This document shows positions 21,792 through 30,280 of a stretch of DNA of 64,000 nucleotides, piece by piece. The notes under the pieces are model-generated. The model made no database searches. It was not told the DNA's origin and worked only from the letters and a program-made list of their open reading frames with translations. This DNA is from Myxococcota bacterium (lineage in GTDB: Bacteria; Myxococcota_A; Polyangia; Nannocystales; Nannocystaceae). A program made the translations under genes and the position numbers. Location of the stretch: positions 28,151 to 92,150 of the forward strand of contig JBCCHT010000030.1 of NCBI GenBank assembly GCA_039028615.1, read 5' to 3'. Within the stretch, counting starts at the first letter, position 1. Every line of letters starts with the position of its first letter.

Positions 21792-22808
21792 TCAGCCTCG
21801 CCCGGACAGGAGCACGCGAATCATGGAGTGTTCGGGTTCGCGGTACCGCCCCGTCGCGTAGGTCATGTGCCCGTAGCCCTCGGCTTCGTGCCGATGGTCG
21901 GCGCCCAGGTGCTCCGCGAGCCACGTGCCCTGTGAGGCCGGAATGGCGGAATCGTCGTCCGCATGCCACACGCACGCATTCGCGTGGCGAAGGGCTCGCA
22001 CGTCGATGCCCCAGTCGAAACAGGTATCTTGGGCGGTCTCCCACGTGGCGCCGCAGGTCCCTCGAACGACCGAGCGCCGCATCGAGGCATAGAGGCGACC
22101 GAGGAGGTCGCGATCCCCGGCCACCTTGGGCGCCCCTCGCTTGACGACGCTTCCCAGCACACTCGGCGGCAGGACCCCCAACGCGATGGACATCACCGTG
22201 AAGTACCAGCTCATGCTCGGCCGCCGCAGGCTCTCGGAAGTCGGCGTCCCACCGGCTCCGATCGTCGCGTCCAAGCCCAGCTCCTCGCACAGGGCGGTCG
22301 GCAACAAGGGCGCGTTCAAGCCCAGGCCCACGCAACGCTTCGGAAACGTTGCGGCCGCCGCCATGGCGTGCGGCGTGCCCTGAGAGTGCCCCGTGATGAT
22401 GAAGGCGTCGACCGCTTCAGCGTCCAACACCGCCTCGAGATCCTCTCGTGGCCAGTCCCGTACCCGGCGCCCCGGTTTTTGGTCCGTGAACCCACAACCG
22501 GGGAGGCTGATCGCAATCCCTCGGCACCCGAGGCCATCGCAGGCCTGCGCATGGACACCCTTTTCGAAACCCGCATCGAGCCCCGAGCCGTGGATGTTGA
22601 CCACCACGGGTGCCGATGCGTCGTCGCGGCCGTAGACCACGTACGCCACGCGGCGACCATCGGAGGTCGTGGCCAGCCGCTGACCCGCTGCCTTCACCGC
22701 TTCGAGGTCGATCGGGGTCATGCCGCGACGCCGGATCCTCGCGCCGACCCAGTGAGCCACGAGAGCCACCAACACCAGCCCCGCTCCCCCGATCGCCGCG
22801 TACACCAT
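21792..22808 (-). CDS. alpha/beta-hydrolase fold protein with N-terminal TM anchor
   Basis: GHSQG nucleophile elbow; hydrophobic N-terminus GGAGLVLVALVAHWVGA. Confidence 0.7.
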   Translation of the reverse strand: MVYAAIGGAGLVLVALVAHWVGARIRRRGMTPIDLEAVKAAGQRLATTSDGRRVAYVVYGRDDASAPVVVNIHGSGLDAGFEKGVHAQACDGLGCRGIAISLPGCGFTDQKPGRRVRDWPREDLEAVLDAEAVDAFIITGHSQGTPHAMAAAATFPKRCVGLGLNAPLLPTALCEELGLDATIGAGGTPTSESLRRPSMSWYFTVMSIALGVLPPSVLGSVVKRGAPKVAGDRDLLGRLYASMRRSVVRGTCGATWETAQDTCFDWGIDVRALRHANACVWHADDDSAIPASQGTWLAEHLGADHRHEAEGYGHMTYATGRYREPEHSMIRVLLSGRG

Positions 22809-23271
22809 CTCGTGCTCGGACTATGGCACGGCCGTGGCCGCGGTGCTCCGCGCAGGTGAGCCTCCGTCTCAACGCACGAGGCCGATTCCCCGGTTCATTC
22901 CGGGGACTCGACTCGAGCGCTCGATTTTTCTTCGGCTGTTGAAAGATCGATCCCCCTCTCGTGCGTTTCGATCCTTGCCGATGTCGATGAAGCTCACCGC
23001 ACTCGTCCTGGGCCTCGCCTCCACCACCGCGGGCGGCGTTTGGGCCATGCGGGGTCCCGCGACCCCGACATCGACATTGGACGCACCCGTTCGTCGCCCC
23101 ATGATCACCCGCAGCACGCCCATTGAATCGGCGCGTGCGGAACACGACGAGCGGCCCGCCTCCATCGCCGACGTCGCCCAACGCTAGCTCGGCGCGCCAC
23201 GATCGAAGCACCGTACCGATCACGCACGGGCGCACAAATCGCCCTTTATGTTCGCCGCGGGCCCAGGCTAA

Positions 23272-26200
23272 ATGGCGAGCATGCGAGGGGGAACACGAGG
23301 CCAGCGCGCTTTCGGACTCTTGGGATTGGTGGTGGCGGCCTCGTTGCTGCCCGACTCGGCCCAGGCCCAGGTGGCGGTCACCCGCACCCGCTTCGAGCTG
23401 CCCGCGTCCAACGGCTACGGAGCGATCATCCTCAACCTCGACGCGGGCGACCCCGGGCAATCGCGACGGCTGGTCCACTTTCGCGAGCACCTGTACGCGG
23501 TCGAGGAACCACAGCTCGACACCCGCGGCCACGAGATCTGGAACGGCGGCGACTTTGCGGCGGTCTACACCCGCGACCTGCTGTTCGACGCGTACTTCGG
23601 TCTGCGTGACGGTGGCGGCCAGGCCTGGCTGACCACGGTGCCCGTCGACTTCGACGCGAGCGGCTACGCGGGCTGGCAAGAGGGCGAGACGGGCGGCACG
23701 GGCCTGGTGACCATGGTGCAGACCATGGGCTCGCTCGAGGCCACGCAGTACTTCTTCACCCCGGTCGAACTCGAGGCCAACGCGTTCGTCATGGCGATGC
23801 GCGTGCGCAACGTCGGCGGCAACACGGTGCCCGACGCCCAGGCGTTCTCGCTGCACAACTTCCACCTCGGCTACGGCCGCGCCCAGTCGCCCTGGGAGGT
23901 CCAGCAGGACATCGGGGAGAACGGCGAGACGCTCCTGTGGGACGGCAGCGGCGGCGGAGCGGCCTATACCGAGCGCGGCTTCGCGGGGGTGATGGCGGTG
24001 CGGGCCACGGGCAACGTGGCGCACTACGGGGCCGCACCTGCGGTCAACGTGTACGCCATCGTCAACGACGGCGGCACGACCGATCTGCCCGACAACCCCA
24101 CCCCCGACATGGCGGTGGACGGTGCGACCGGGGCCCTCCAATTCGACCTCGGAGACCTCGGACCCGGGCAAGAAGCCTGGGTCGCGGTGACGGTGGTGCA
24201 CCACGGCGATCCGCAAGCGGGCGCCGCCGCGCTCGGCCTGGCCGACGCGTGGATCGACGGCCGCGACGCGCAAGCGCTCGTGCAGGACGAGATCGACGGC
24301 TGGGCCGACTTCCAGGCCACCGTCGAGCTGCCCGCCGATCTCGATTCCTACGAAGAGACGCTGACCCGGCACAGCGCCACGATGCTGCGCATGGGGCAGG
24401 TGCAAGAAGACGAGAGCTACCTCCGCGAGTGGCTCACCCAAGACGGCGAGCCTCGTCGCACCCGCTTCCCCAGCCCCGACGCGCCCACGGCCCTGCCCGG
24501 CGTGGTGCAGCACAACGGCCGCGGCGCGGTGCTGGCCAGCCTGCCTCCCGGCAACTGGACCTACGCGTGGATCCGCGACGGGGCCTACGCCACCGTGGCC
24601 ATGGCCGTGCTCGGCATGGTGCCCGAGGCCCGAGCCGCGCTCGAGTTCTACCTCGAGGCCGAGGCCGGTCGCTTCGTCGACTGGTCCGAGCTCGACGGCT
24701 ACGACATGCCCGACTACCAGATCTCGCTGGTGCGCTACTACGGGTTCGGCGTCGAGGAGACCGACTTCAATGCCTTCGGGCCCAACCTCGAGTTCGACGG
24801 CTTCGGGCTGTTCTTGTGGGCGCTGCGAGCCTACGAGCAGCAGACCGGCGACGAGGCGCTGGCGGCCGAGTACTGGCCGGTCATCTCCGAGCGCATCGCC
24901 GACGTGCTGGTCGCGCTGGTCGACCCCGCGACCGGGCTCATCCGTCGCGACTCGTCGATCTGGGAGAGCCACTGGGAAGGGCGCGAGCGCTACTGGGCGT
25001 ACACCACGATCACCGCGGTGCGAGGGCTCTGTGACGCGGCCGCGATCGCCGACCGCCTGGGCGAGGCCGAGCAGGCCGAGACCTACCGCAGCACCGCGCT
25101 GGGATTGCGCGAGGCGATCGTCACCCAGCTGACCGATTCCAACGGCGCCATCGCGTCGAACCTCGAGGAGCTGGAGTCGGGCCAGGGCTACTGGGACGCC
25201 GCGGTCATCGACGCCGTCGCGATGGGGCTGTTCGATCCGCAGGGCGAGATCGCCAGCGCGACCCTGGCCGGGCTCGATGCCAACCTGCTCACCCCCGCCA
25301 GCGAGGTCGGCTGGGCGCGTAACGACGACGACACCGACCACGAGGGCGCCAGCGATCTGAGCCCCTGGGGCAGCGTCTACGACGCGGTGGAGTGGGTGAT
25401 CACCGACCTGCGCGGCACCATGGCCTGGCGCGGGGCGGGCGACGAGGGCCGGGCGGACGCGATCCTGCAGTGGATCCTCGCGCAGTCCCTGGCGAACTAC
25501 CTGATGGTAGCCGAGACCTTCGACGCCAACACGGGGACCTACGAGAACAACACGCCGATGCTCGGCTTCGGGGCGGGCGCCTGGGCGCTCGCGCTCGCCC
25601 ACCGCGAGGGTGAGTTCCAGGACGCCGCCTGTGGTGAGTTCTGGGAGGGCGGCGACGGAGGCACCGGGGGCGACGACACCTCGGGCGACGAGACGGCCGG
25701 CGACGGCGGTACCGCGACGAGCGGAGCCGCCGACTCCACCGGCCAAGACGACGACGGAGAGACGCAAGGGATGAGCGGCAACATCACCAGCGAGGGCGAC
25801 GGGGTCACCGATCCGGGCTTCACCGGGGCGGGCTCGGAGAGCGGCGGCACCGGGTGCAGCTGCACGACCACGGGCGAGGGCACGGGGGGCTTCGGCGCGC
25901 TGATCCTCGGCCTGCTCGGCCTGGGCTGGCGACGACGACGTCGCGTGCTCGCATTGGCGGGAGCGACCGCGATGCTCGGTGGATGTGCCGATGATGCCCC
26001 CACCCCCGCGGGCGGCACGGGCACGGGCGAGGCCGCCACCACCCTGCCGTTGTCCGGCAATACCGAGACGACCGACACCCCGCCCACCACGGGCCTCGAC
26101 GACACCACCACCGCCGTCGATCCGACCGGGGGCGGCGAGGACATCACCCCGGTCGAGCTGTGCCCGACCGAGTTCACGTTCTCCCCCAGCGGCAGCGTGT

Positions 26201-28290
26201 CCAACGTGAGGCTGGTGCACGAGGCCCAGAGCTTCGACCTGGCCACCGCGGTGGCCATGAAGGAGGCCGGTGGCGGCTACGAAGCCACCGTGGACCTGCC
26301 CATCGGGCTCAATGCCTACAAATTCGTGTACGACCAGGGCGGCGAGCAGAACTGGGTCTTCGATCCCGAGCAGGCGCGCCGCAAGTACGTCGACGGGGTC
26401 GAGAACTCGGGCGTGCTCGTGCCCGACTGCAACCTCCCGCAGCTGCACGTGCAGACCAGCGAATCGGGCTACGAGGGCCCCGACGCGGGCACCTACGACG
26501 CTCAGCTCAGCTACCGAGACGGCTTTCATGCCTTCGGCGCCGACCCGGACGCCTACGAGATCGTGCTGCGTCACGCGAGCACCGAGCGTGCTCTGCTGCC
26601 CGAGGAGATCACCATCGAGGAGAGCGGCGACGTCACCTTGTCGTTGTCCGGGCTGGAAGATGGCAAGCACACCGTGGTGCTCGTCCCCGTCGACCAACGC
26701 TCGCAGCGGGGCGAGCCCGTGCGGCTGGTGTTCTGGGCCGAGGCGGAGCCCTTCTCCTGGGAGGACGCGCTCGTCTACATGGTCGTCACCGATCGCTACC
26801 GCAACGGCGACCCGAGCAACGACGGGCCCGTCACCCCCGGTGCCGATGGCCCCGGCGACTGGTTCGGCGGCGACCTCGAGGGCCTGCGCCTGTCCATCGC
26901 CGAGGGTGAGCTCGATGCCCTGGGCGTGCGCGCGATCTGGCTGACCCCGTGGCAGACCAACCCCGTCGGGGGCTACGCCGCCGCCGATGGCATCCACACC
27001 GTCACCGGGTACCACGGCTACTGGCCGACTCGCGCCCGCGAGGTCGACCCGCGGCTCGGCGGCGAAGAGGCTCTACGCGCGCTCGTCGACGAAGCCCACG
27101 CGCACGGCATCCGCATCCTGCAGGACTACGTCATCAACCACGTGCACGAAGAGCACGAGTACGTCGCCGAGCACCCCGACTGGTTCCGCACCGGGTGCGT
27201 GTGCGGAGGCGACGGCTGCGGCTGGACCGAGGCCGCGCTCTACTGCCTGTTCCAGCCCTACATGCCGGACATCGACCACTCCGTGCCCGAGGCCAACGCC
27301 CAGTTCGTCGAGGACGCGGTGTGGTGGGTCGACGAGTTCGACCTCGACGGACTGCGCGTCGACGCCGTCAAGCACGTCGAGGAGGTCGCCACCCGCAACA
27401 TCTCCGCCGCGATCCGCGAGACCTTCGAGCAATCGGGGGCCCACTACTTCCTCATGGGCGAGACCGCCATGGGGTGGAACAACTGCGCCGACCCCTGCAA
27501 CGACGAGAACTACGAGACCATCGCCCGCTACGTCGGCCCGCACGGCCTCGATGGCCAGTTCGACTTCGTGCTCTATCACGCCGCCTCCTACGGCGTGTTC
27601 GGCTACTCCGACTACGGGATGATCCACGCCGACTACTGGTTCAACCACGGCCAAGGCAAGTGGCCCGAGGGGTCGATCATGACCCCGTATATCGGCAGCC
27701 ACGACACCCCGCGCTTCTCCACCCTCGCCGACTATCGCGGCCAGGACCCCGGCCATGATCGCGGCATCGCCCACGTCCAGTGGGGAGACATCGCGCAGGC
27801 CCCCGGCGACGACGAGCCCTATTGGCGCACCCGGGTCGGCTTCGCCTGGCTGCTCGGCCTGCCCGGTGCTCCGCTGCTCTACTACGGTGACGAGTACGGC
27901 CAGTGGGGCGGCGCCGACCCGAACAACCGCATGATGTGGCGCCCGCCCGGCGAGCTGAACGCATGGGAGACCGAGACGCTCGCCTTCGTGCGTACCCTCG
28001 GCCAGCTGCGGCAGCAGATCCAGCCGCTGCGGCGCGGTCGCTACGTGGGGCTGTGGGCCACCGAGGACGCGCTGCTCTTCGGGCGCATGGAAGACCCGGG
28101 CGAGGCCGCCATCGTCGGCGTCAGCCGGGCCGCCACCGCGCAGGAGCACACCTTCTCCGTCGTCTCGCTCGGCTTCCTCCCCGGCACCATGCTGAGCGAC
28201 GCGCTCGGCGGACCGGGTGCGATGGTGGCCGGCGACGGTACCGTCACCGTCACCGTGCCCGCGCGCGGGGCCGTGATCTTGGTGCCGTAG
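23272..28290 (+). CDS. 1672-aa secreted multi-domain glycoside hydrolase: GH15 (glucoamylase/glucodextranase-like) domain + Gly/Asp-rich linker + internal MYXO-CTERM-like/TM hairpin + CBM48-like module + GH13 alpha-amylase-family catalytic domain
   Basis: signal peptide MASMRGG..AASLLPDSAQAQ; NWTYAWIRDGAY (GH15-like); GCSCTTTGEGTGGFGALILGLLGLGWRRRRR; YKFVYDQGGEQNWVFDP (CBM48-like); GH13 regions DYVINH, GLRVDAVKH, GETAMG, GSHDTPR. Confidence 0.85.
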   Translation: MASMRGGTRGQRAFGLLGLVVAASLLPDSAQAQVAVTRTRFELPASNGYGAIILNLDAGDPGQSRRLVHFREHLYAVEEPQLDTRGHEIWNGGDFAAVYTRDLLFDAYFGLRDGGGQAWLTTVPVDFDASGYAGWQEGETGGTGLVTMVQTMGSLEATQYFFTPVELEANAFVMAMRVRNVGGNTVPDAQAFSLHNFHLGYGRAQSPWEVQQDIGENGETLLWDGSGGGAAYTERGFAGVMAVRATGNVAHYGAAPAVNVYAIVNDGGTTDLPDNPTPDMAVDGATGALQFDLGDLGPGQEAWVAVTVVHHGDPQAGAAALGLADAWIDGRDAQALVQDEIDGWADFQATVELPADLDSYEETLTRHSATMLRMGQVQEDESYLREWLTQDGEPRRTRFPSPDAPTALPGVVQHNGRGAVLASLPPGNWTYAWIRDGAYATVAMAVLGMVPEARAALEFYLEAEAGRFVDWSELDGYDMPDYQISLVRYYGFGVEETDFNAFGPNLEFDGFGLFLWALRAYEQQTGDEALAAEYWPVISERIADVLVALVDPATGLIRRDSSIWESHWEGRERYWAYTTITAVRGLCDAAAIADRLGEAEQAETYRSTALGLREAIVTQLTDSNGAIASNLEELESGQGYWDAAVIDAVAMGLFDPQGEIASATLAGLDANLLTPASEVGWARNDDDTDHEGASDLSPWGSVYDAVEWVITDLRGTMAWRGAGDEGRADAILQWILAQSLANYLMVAETFDANTGTYENNTPMLGFGAGAWALALAHREGEFQDAACGEFWEGGDGGTGGDDTSGDETAGDGGTATSGAADSTGQDDDGETQGMSGNITSEGDGVTDPGFTGAGSESGGTGCSCTTTGEGTGGFGALILGLLGLGWRRRRRVLALAGATAMLGGCADDAPTPAGGTGTGEAATTLPLSGNTETTDTPPTTGLDDTTTAVDPTGGGEDITPVELCPTEFTFSPSGSVSNVRLVHEAQSFDLATAVAMKEAGGGYEATVDLPIGLNAYKFVYDQGGEQNWVFDPEQARRKYVDGVENSGVLVPDCNLPQLHVQTSESGYEGPDAGTYDAQLSYRDGFHAFGADPDAYEIVLRHASTERALLPEEITIEESGDVTLSLSGLEDGKHTVVLVPVDQRSQRGEPVRLVFWAEAEPFSWEDALVYMVVTDRYRNGDPSNDGPVTPGADGPGDWFGGDLEGLRLSIAEGELDALGVRAIWLTPWQTNPVGGYAAADGIHTVTGYHGYWPTRAREVDPRLGGEEALRALVDEAHAHGIRILQDYVINHVHEEHEYVAEHPDWFRTGCVCGGDGCGWTEAALYCLFQPYMPDIDHSVPEANAQFVEDAVWWVDEFDLDGLRVDAVKHVEEVATRNISAAIRETFEQSGAHYFLMGETAMGWNNCADPCNDENYETIARYVGPHGLDGQFDFVLYHAASYGVFGYSDYGMIHADYWFNHGQGKWPEGSIMTPYIGSHDTPRFSTLADYRGQDPGHDRGIAHVQWGDIAQAPGDDEPYWRTRVGFAWLLGLPGAPLLYYGDEYGQWGGADPNNRMMWRPPGELNAWETETLAFVRTLGQLRQQIQPLRRGRYVGLWATEDALLFGRMEDPGEAAIVGVSRAATAQEHTFSVVSLGFLPGTMLSDALGGPGAMVAGDGTVTVTVPARGAVILVP

Positions 28291-28302
28291 CGCAGGCCCG
28301 CG

Positions 28303-28968
28303 CTACCAGCCCCACGACAGCACGACGCCTCCGCGCACCTGCGGCGCGGACAGGTAGTCGGCGATGTTCTCGAACCCGGCGACGAAGTCGTCGGCGAAGT
28401 CGCCGTCGGCGGGGTAGCTGTGCAACGCGCACGAGACCTCCGCGCCCACGGCCAGCCGCGCGGGCAGGGTGACCTGGAGCCCCCCGCCGACCTGCACGGC
28501 GAAGCCGACGTCGCGCTCGCGGCCGAGGTCCCGCAGGCTGTCGCTGACCTGAGAGTCGTGAAACGCCAGACCCGCGCCGAACAGGCCGTAGCCGAAGACG
28601 CGTCGACCACCCCCGATCCGGAACGTGGGCACCGCGGAGATCTCGTGCCCCGACCGATCGATGGCCGGACCCTCGATGCCGGCCCTGCTGCTCAAGTTCC
28701 CGATGACGTCGTGGGAGACGTCGAGCCCCGAGATGATCGCGAGCGTCCCCATCCCCGGCCGATAGCGATAGCCAAACGATGCCCCCCAGCGGAACGACGG
28801 GCGCCCACGCCACTTCCCCACGGAGACCTTGCCGCCCACCGGTCCGAGCTGAACGTGAGGGCTGTGCGTGGGCAGAGCCTCGTCCTCCGCATGCGCCACC
28901 CGAGCTCCGAAGCCCAGCGACCCCAGCACGGTCGCGCTCATCAATAGGTTTCCAAGTCTATAAGCCAT
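28303..28968 (-). CDS. outer-membrane beta-barrel protein (OmpA-like/OmpW-like)
   Basis: signal peptide MAYRLGNLLMSATVLGSLGFGARVAHA; alternating amphipathic strands; aromatic C-terminus ..VVLSWGW. Confidence 0.65.
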   Translation of the reverse strand: MAYRLGNLLMSATVLGSLGFGARVAHAEDEALPTHSPHVQLGPVGGKVSVGKWRGRPSFRWGASFGYRYRPGMGTLAIISGLDVSHDVIGNLSSRAGIEGPAIDRSGHEISAVPTFRIGGGRRVFGYGLFGAGLAFHDSQVSDSLRDLGRERDVGFAVQVGGGLQVTLPARLAVGAEVSCALHSYPADGDFADDFVAGFENIADYLSAPQVRGGVVLSWGW

Positions 28969-29169
28969 GCATCCAGCCTAGCAGGCAGCCGCTCCAAGCC
29001 GGGTGTCCGATACGGAAAGAGCGAACAATACCTACGGCGCACGCCGCCGCCCCGTGCCACGGCGGGAAGCGTGAGGCATCTCGCGAATTTTTACGCAATC
29101 GATTGGCCGCGTCGCTCTTCTGAGTCCGCGCGAGCGTCATCGCTCCGCACCCGAGAAACGAGACAATCG

Positions 29170-29583
29170 ATGCACAAGAACATCCCCGGCCTCCTTTCCT
29201 TGCTCTTCGCTGCGGTCGCGATCGCGTCCCTGCTCTATGGGCTCACCACCGCGGGCCCCGAGCACAAGAAGCTGAGCAACCGCTACGAATCCGTGGACCG
29301 AGAGGCCGAGTTCTACCGAGGCCCGGGCCGGATGGGCCCCAACCCGATCTTGCAGGAGTACGACCAGCGGCTGTCGCGAATCTCGGACGAGCGCTCCGAA
29401 GCGATGTTCAAGCTCGAGACCGCCACCTTCGGGGGCATCGCACTCGGGTTGCTCGCGCTGGTGCTGAGCCTCGTCGGGCTGAGCAAGCGACCACGAGGCA
29501 TCGCAATCGGTGGCATGGTGGGTGCCTTGGGCGCCGCGGGCTTGGTGGCCATCGTCATCGGCACCAACCCGGCTGCGTTCTGA
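29170..29583 (+). CDS. small membrane protein (137 aa, three TM helices)
   Basis: ATG 29170 in ORF 29071..29583; helices LLSLLFAAVAIASLLYGL and IALGLLALVLSLVGL. Confidence 0.45.
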   Translation: MHKNIPGLLSLLFAAVAIASLLYGLTTAGPEHKKLSNRYESVDREAEFYRGPGRMGPNPILQEYDQRLSRISDERSEAMFKLETATFGGIALGLLALVLSLVGLSKRPRGIAIGGMVGALGAAGLVAIVIGTNPAAF

Positions 29584-29585
29584 GT

Positions 29586-30215
29586 TCACGTGGGCGACTT
29601 GGAGCGTTGAACCACATCACGCAAAGACTGAGCCCAGTGCTCGAGCTCGCTGGCGGTCGTCTCCGCGATGCGAGCGTCCGAGGCGGCGCGTCGCATCGCC
29701 TCGGTGAGCAGCTGTCGCGCCCGTCGCAGGCGGGTTCGCACCGTGCCTTCGGGAACGTCCAAGGCCACCGCGAGCGCGGGCCCGGAGAACTTCTCCCAGT
29801 AGTGCAGCTCGAGCAAGATCTGGTGATCGAGGGGGATCGACCGCAAGGCGCGGAGCAGCAGCCGCTGCTGCTCGTGGTCCGCCAAGATGGCGCTGGGCGA
29901 GGGGTCGAGCTCCGCCACGGACACCGCGTTGGAATCGAAACCCTGGATCTGGTGCGCCCGCCGACGATAGCTGGCGATGAGGACCCGGCGTGCGATCGCC
30001 ATGACGTAGGTAGAGAACCTCGCCTCACCCCGAAAGGCATCGCGGTTCTCGATGCACTGCATCATCGTCTGCTGCACCAGCTCGCTGACCAGCTCGGGCG
30101 CGGCCTTGCTGCGAAAGAAGCGGAACAGGGCATCGAACTGCGATCGCAGCAGGGCACCGCCGGCTTCACGATCGCCCCGACGCCACGCGTCGAGCAGCTC
30201 GAGTTCGGTGCTCAC
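29586..30215 (-). CDS. ECF-type RNA polymerase sigma-70 family factor
   Basis: region 2 (LLDAWRRGD..FDALFRFF) and region 4 (LDHQILLELHYWEKFSGPALAVALDVPEGTVRTRLRRARQ); GTG start chosen at VSTELELL. Confidence 0.75.
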   Translation of the reverse strand: MSTELELLDAWRRGDREAGGALLRSQFDALFRFFRSKAAPELVSELVQQTMMQCIENRDAFRGEARFSTYVMAIARRVLIASYRRRAHQIQGFDSNAVSVAELDPSPSAILADHEQQRLLLRALRSIPLDHQILLELHYWEKFSGPALAVALDVPEGTVRTRLRRARQLLTEAMRRAASDARIAETTASELEHWAQSLRDVVQRSKSPT

Positions 30216-30280
30216 CGACGGCAGTCTGGAGCAGTCGGCGGAACGGGGCAACTGCAAGCCCGAGACCTCGAGAGCCTGCG

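Noticed and set aside
22981-23187. Small signal-peptide-like ORF (MSMKLTALVLGLASTTAGG..) in the divergent promoter region
   Set aside because: No RBS, lies within the likely promoter region between divergent genes, and is too weak to call.
22417-27015. 1532-aa ORF on the minus strand
   Set aside because: Antisense to the motif-rich GH15/GH13 gene. Its translation is Arg/Gly/Ala-rich low complexity typical of shadow frames in 70% GC DNA.
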